A DNA stretch of 64,000 bases from Promethearchaeota archaeon (GTDB lineage: Archaea; Asgardarchaeota; Lokiarchaeia; Sigyniarchaeales; SOKP01): positions 186,710 through 250,709 of the forward strand of contig JAHPZA010000003.1 of assembly GCA_019058445.1 (NCBI GenBank), in the 5' to 3' direction. The notes under the pieces are model-generated. The model was given only the letters and a program-made list of their open reading frames with translations, had not been told where the DNA came from and ran no database searches. A program made the translations under genes and the position numbers. Position 1 is the first letter of the stretch, and the number at the start of each line of letters is the position of its first letter. Positions 59,866 through 64,000 of this stretch are shown here, piece by piece.

Positions 59866-62100
59866 TCACAGCGTTACAGAGCAGCGGTCGCTGTCGCAAA
59901 ACTTTTCACCTATCGCTCTATCTTTTGTCTCATCCAAATTCATGGGTTTAATCTTTAATACCATTTCTTCATATTTTTCTTTTGTTATTTCTTCATAGGG
60001 CGCTTGTTTATATCCATGCTCTTTAATAGGTAAAAAGCTTACACTTTTTAATTTATCTTCATAACATTCAAGCACATGTTTTATTTCTTTTGCCTCATCC
60101 TTTCTAAACGTAATTGTTATAGATACTTGATTATCGCTCCAGTATTTTTGATAAGCGGCGGCATTTTCTGCTTGCTCCCAAATTGAAATATCATTTTTAG
60201 AGCGATCAAAATATCTTTCATGAATTGGAAATTCAATAACGTAGGAATTAGCTGAATAAGAATCATTTTCTATATGATATCCCGCATTTCTAATTTTTTC
60301 AATCAAATCTGAATTTTTTGAAATTCTGATTCTTCTGATATAATATTCAGAATGGGGGTAATGAATTCCAGGTGGTACACCAGGGAGCAGACTTACCGTG
60401 CCACTCGGTTTCACTGTGGTTATTTTTATTGATTTAGGCACACATAACCAGTCAGAATATGTTTCATCTAATTCTCTTAAATATTTATACCCCTTATCAC
60501 ACCAATTAATCATATTTCTTCTTCCATGCTTGACGAATGCTTCAATTATACCGGTTTGCGAGATTCCCATCCTTCTATTTTTTAACATAACCGCATTCGT
60601 TTCTTTCCAATGGGTATTCACTAGAGTGACTGATTTGGCATATAAATATGCATATTTTAAGGTCTCCTTAAATTCCTCGTATGAATCATGCTTTGAAGGA
60701 AAAGTTTCAACTAAGCAGCAAAGTTCAAAGCTTTCTAATGTTTGTTCCCCACATGGGTTAACTCCAGCTGCTTTTTTATCTTTATAATCGGGTTTATCTC
60801 CCATACGAGAAAAAGCCTGTGCGTTTTCTAACCAAAAGATTCCAGGTTCACCATTAACAGCAATTTGATCTGCTATAAAAGAGTAATCAAGCCCTTTAAC
60901 AGCAAATACGCTATTATTACTGGCCCATCTGTGTGAATATAATTTTTCTTGATCTTGTTTGCTAGTAATAAAATCCAAGTCAGTTGGATCACCTAAAGCT
61001 ATTTCGGCACTCCGTCTGACATTCCCCGCTACTACACATTTCCCTACATGATTCATAATATCAAGTATGTCGACAGAGGTTATTTTTTGGTCTATACGAT
61101 TTTCTAAGATAGTTTGGATATCTTTTAACATTTGTTTTAGAGGTTCTGGTCCAGAAGCGATCCCTCCAAATCCTCTAATAGGTTCTCCCGCAGCACGAAT
61201 TTTTGAAAAATTAAAGTGAGGAATTTGTTTACCTAAAAAGTAAGCTTCTAAAAGTAATCTTAAAGTATCAACCCAACCTTCTCTACTGTCAGGAAGCTCA
61301 AATTCAAAAGTTCCATCTTTTGGTTTTTGTATGGTTATTTTTCCGGCACCAAGAGTATCGAATCCTACTCCGACTCCTAGCATTAAGGCATCCATCACAA
61401 ATTCGAAGGCTTTAGAATGTTTTAAATCAATATCTCCCGTAGAGGCGAATCCGCAGTTATTTAACGCCATGGAACCATGTCGAGCAATAAACTCTGTTCC
61501 CATCATCCATAAACCTCGACCTGGAGGAGAAAACTTGAAGTTCCATATCTTTTCAAACATTTTTTGCGCTGACTTTTGTGCTTTTTTATCACTCCATGGA
61601 AGGGAAAGTTTTATACAATGCTCTTTTTGTATAGAATAGCATCCCTCAACTACTCTTCTAACCGTTTCCCAAAATTCCTCTTTCCTATTTTCACCTTCAA
61701 CTATTCTCGCGTAAGTTCTTTTATAGGTGATATATCCTAAAGGTCCCCAATCAGGTTGTTTGCTTTTAAATCCAGAGATAAAATCTTCCTCTAATTTAAA
61801 GCTAATGTTCTCTAAATTTATTGCTCTTGCAAATAAATTTCGATATTTATTCATACCTCGTTGAGTTAGCTCAACACAAACTAATTCTCGAATATAATTA
61901 GTAGTAATTTCTTCAATTCCAAGACCAATAATTTTACGTATGACATCTTCCGCAACCTTTTCGGAAATACTCATATCGAGTCCAGTCTCTTTATTAAGCA
62001 CTTTAGCAATGTTATTCTCATCAAATTGTTTCTTCTCGCCTTTCGAATTAATAACATATTTCGGGTACAGATCCATTAATGAAAATGAATTATTAGTCAT
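59866..62100 (-). CDS. nrdJ: Class II (B12-dependent) ribonucleotide reductase, RTPR-type, with N-terminal ATP cone
   Basis: VINSKGEKKQFD cone, PPGRGLW, LNNC, NPCGEQ, KPSGTVS, C-terminal CDSDRC. Confidence 0.93.
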   Translation of the reverse strand: MTNNSFSLMDLYPKYVINSKGEKKQFDENNIAKVLNKETGLDMSISEKVAEDVIRKIIGLGIEEITTNYIRELVCVELTQRGMNKYRNLFARAINLENISFKLEEDFISGFKSKQPDWGPLGYITYKRTYARIVEGENRKEEFWETVRRVVEGCYSIQKEHCIKLSLPWSDKKAQKSAQKMFEKIWNFKFSPPGRGLWMMGTEFIARHGSMALNNCGFASTGDIDLKHSKAFEFVMDALMLGVGVGFDTLGAGKITIQKPKDGTFEFELPDSREGWVDTLRLLLEAYFLGKQIPHFNFSKIRAAGEPIRGFGGIASGPEPLKQMLKDIQTILENRIDQKITSVDILDIMNHVGKCVVAGNVRRSAEIALGDPTDLDFITSKQDQEKLYSHRWASNNSVFAVKGLDYSFIADQIAVNGEPGIFWLENAQAFSRMGDKPDYKDKKAAGVNPCGEQTLESFELCCLVETFPSKHDSYEEFKETLKYAYLYAKSVTLVNTHWKETNAVMLKNRRMGISQTGIIEAFVKHGRRNMINWCDKGYKYLRELDETYSDWLCVPKSIKITTVKPSGTVSLLPGVPPGIHYPHSEYYIRRIRISKNSDLIEKIRNAGYHIENDSYSANSYVIEFPIHERYFDRSKNDISIWEQAENAAAYQKYWSDNQVSITITFRKDEAKEIKHVLECYEDKLKSVSFLPIKEHGYKQAPYEEITKEKYEEMVLKIKPMNLDETKDRAIGEKFCDSDRCSVTL

Positions 62101-62527
62101 TTTTCCTTAATTTTTTTTTCATTGTAATTAAATTATTAATTTTATCGGCTTAGATTGTAAAATAGTGATGATATACGTCTTATACGTTTAACAAAATAAT
62201 TATCACTAACATCTGATTTAAAATTATTGAACTTAAATTAATATCCTATTGATAATCCTTTTTTACTACAAATTTGTTTTAAGATCTTCATTCTCAATTA
62301 TTATAAGAATTACAAACATTAAATTTTGTTCATTTATTTTCATAATCTCATCTTAATTTCATGTTTTTGTCGGCAATTTATCAAGAAAATAAGGTTATGA
62401 AAATATTTAAATAAAAAATCTGAAGGAAATTTATGATTTTTAATTAAATAATTAGAAAAGAGTATAATCTAATCATTAGACTTTAAATTATTAAAAAAAA
62501 TGATGAATATAAAAAAATATTTAATTA

Positions 62528-64000
62528 CTATCTATTACCAATTAATTTTTCAATTATTTCTATTTCTTTGTCGCTCGTTTTTCCAGTTTTATTTTTACCC
62601 TTTTTCATGAAGATTATAATACCAATTAAGGCTCCTGCTGCTATACCAACAATCACTAAAATCATTGGGAGAATATCAGAGTCTCCACCACTACTTGAAC
62701 CGCCACTGCCACCTCCACCGCCACCTCCACCACCATCTGAAGGAGGTGTTGGTGTTGAGCTATCAATCACTTGGATCGAACCGCTGGTGGTATTCCAGTT
62801 GTTGTTATTATCTTCCATGTATATCACATAGAGTTTGATACCCACAGATGTGGGAATCCACGAATAATTACGCCACATGTCCGTACCGGGAATATGTTCC
62901 ATGGTATAATTCACCCCGCTAATTTCGATTAAGACCTGATTAATCCCAGAAGGATCGGTCACATTGATTGTTATAATCTCCGTATTCCCCAATTCTAACG
63001 GATCTGTACTTTCAATTAAATTTGAATATGTTGGAGGATTGATCTCAAAATTTACTTGGATCGAACCGCTGGTTGTATTCCAGTTGTTATTATTATCTTC
63101 CATGTATATCACGTAGGGTTTGGGACCTACAGATGTGGGAGTCCACGAATAATTTCGCCACATATCCGTACCGGGAATATGTTCCATGGTATAATTCACT
63201 CCTCCGATTTCGATTAAGACCTGATTAATCCCTGAAGGATCGGTCACATTGATTGTTATGATCTCAGTATTCCCCAATTCTAACGGATCCGCACTTTCAC
63301 TCAAATCCGAATAGGTTGGGGATGTAGTATCAACTACTTCTATTGAGAGGCCAGTAGTGGAATTCCAATTGTTGTTATTATCTTCCATGTATATCACATA
63401 GGGTTTGATACCCACAGATGTCGGAGTCCATGAATAATTTCGCCACATGTCCGTACCGGGAATATGTTCCATAGTATAATTCACTCCTTCGATTTCGATT
63501 AAAACTTGATTAATCCCTGAAGGATCAGTCACATTGATTGTTATGATCTCAGTATTCCCCAATTCTAACGGATCCGCACTTTCACTCAAATCCGAATAGG
63601 TTGGGGATGTAGTATCAACTACTTCTATTGAGAGGCCAGTAGTGGAATTCCAATTGTTGTTATTATCTTCCATGTATATCACATAGGGTTTGATACCCAC
63701 AGATGTCGGAGTCCACGAATAATTTCGCCACATGTCCGTACCGGGAATATGTTCCATGGTATAATTCACTCCTCCGATTTCGATTAAAACTTGATTAATT
63801 CCGGAGGGATCGGTCACATTAATTGTAATAATTTCAGTATTCCCCAATTTTAACGGATCCGCACTTTCAACCAAGTCCGAATAGGTTGGAGATGTAGTAT
63901 CAACTACCTCTATCGAGAGACCAGTAGTGGAATTCCAATTGTTGTTATTATCTTCCATGTATATCACATAGGGTTTGATACCCACAGATGTCGGAGTCCA
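62528..64000 (-). CDS. Membrane-anchored surface protein with tandem Ig-like repeats, 5'-truncated by the window edge
   Basis: 95-aa repeats, Pro/Gly/Ser linker, C-terminal TM helix and Lys-rich tail. Confidence 0.88.
   Translation of the reverse strand, partial: WTPTSVGIKPYVIYMEDNNNNWNSTTGLSIEVVDTTSPTYSDLVESADPLKLGNTEIITINVTDPSGINQVLIEIGGVNYTMEHIPGTDMWRNYSWTPTSVGIKPYVIYMEDNNNNWNSTTGLSIEVVDTTSPTYSDLSESADPLELGNTEIITINVTDPSGINQVLIEIEGVNYTMEHIPGTDMWRNYSWTPTSVGIKPYVIYMEDNNNNWNSTTGLSIEVVDTTSPTYSDLSESADPLELGNTEIITINVTDPSGINQVLIEIGGVNYTMEHIPGTDMWRNYSWTPTSVGPKPYVIYMEDNNNNWNTTSGSIQVNFEINPPTYSNLIESTDPLELGNTEIITINVTDPSGINQVLIEISGVNYTMEHIPGTDMWRNYSWIPTSVGIKLYVIYMEDNNNNWNTTSGSIQVIDSSTPTPPSDGGGGGGGGGSGGSSSGGDSDILPMILVIVGIAAGALIGIIIFMKKGKNKTGKTSDKEIEIIEKLIGNR
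62770..64000 (-). repeat. 285-bp near-identical intragenic tandem repeat, at least 4.3 copies
   Basis: Anchor ATATCAC(A/G)TA recurs at 62821, 63106, 63391, 63676 and 63961. Confidence 0.95.

Noticed and set aside
62770-64000. CRISPR array or mobile element
   Set aside because: The 285-bp in-frame coding repeats have no unique spacers, and there are no cas or transposase genes.

Overview
AT-rich archaeal window. Gene content points to an Asgard archaeon, probably Lokiarchaeia (inference): Rab-like GTPase, TFB, Hdr/Mvh/Fwd modules, archaeal MtaB, class II RNR and Loki-style surface proteins. It holds (i) a signalling-type region at 1-16 kb with a histidine kinase, a GNAT/ThiF/7TM/GNAT cluster, TPR proteins, a small GTPase, TFB, two wHTH paralogs and a large beta-helix surface protein; (ii) hdrCBA; (iii) a TetR-flanked glycyl radical enzyme, its activase and an FAD oxidoreductase; (iv) thiol-redox genes; (v) an FAD-oxidase/HdrD-like operon, ugd and korAB; (vi) mvhD-fwdGFDBC-fdhD; (vii) mvhG-mvhA-hdrC-hdrB; (viii) mtaB, nrdJ and a tandem-repeat surface protein. 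The main feature missed by the ORF track is a 50-codon selenoprotein gene (vhuU, 55415-55567). Its in-frame TGA falls in the [NiFe] L2 motif that the upstream large subunit lacks, and it is followed by a eukaryote-type SECIS hairpin whose AUGA core is the gene's own stop codon. Other leads are a possible N-acyl signal synthesis/sensing cluster (1071-5237), a small helical domain shared by a receptor-like protein tail and a stand-alone protein, and two palindromic operator systems. No rRNA, tRNA, CRISPR array or transposase was recognised. All family calls come from motif recognition by eye, with no database searches.
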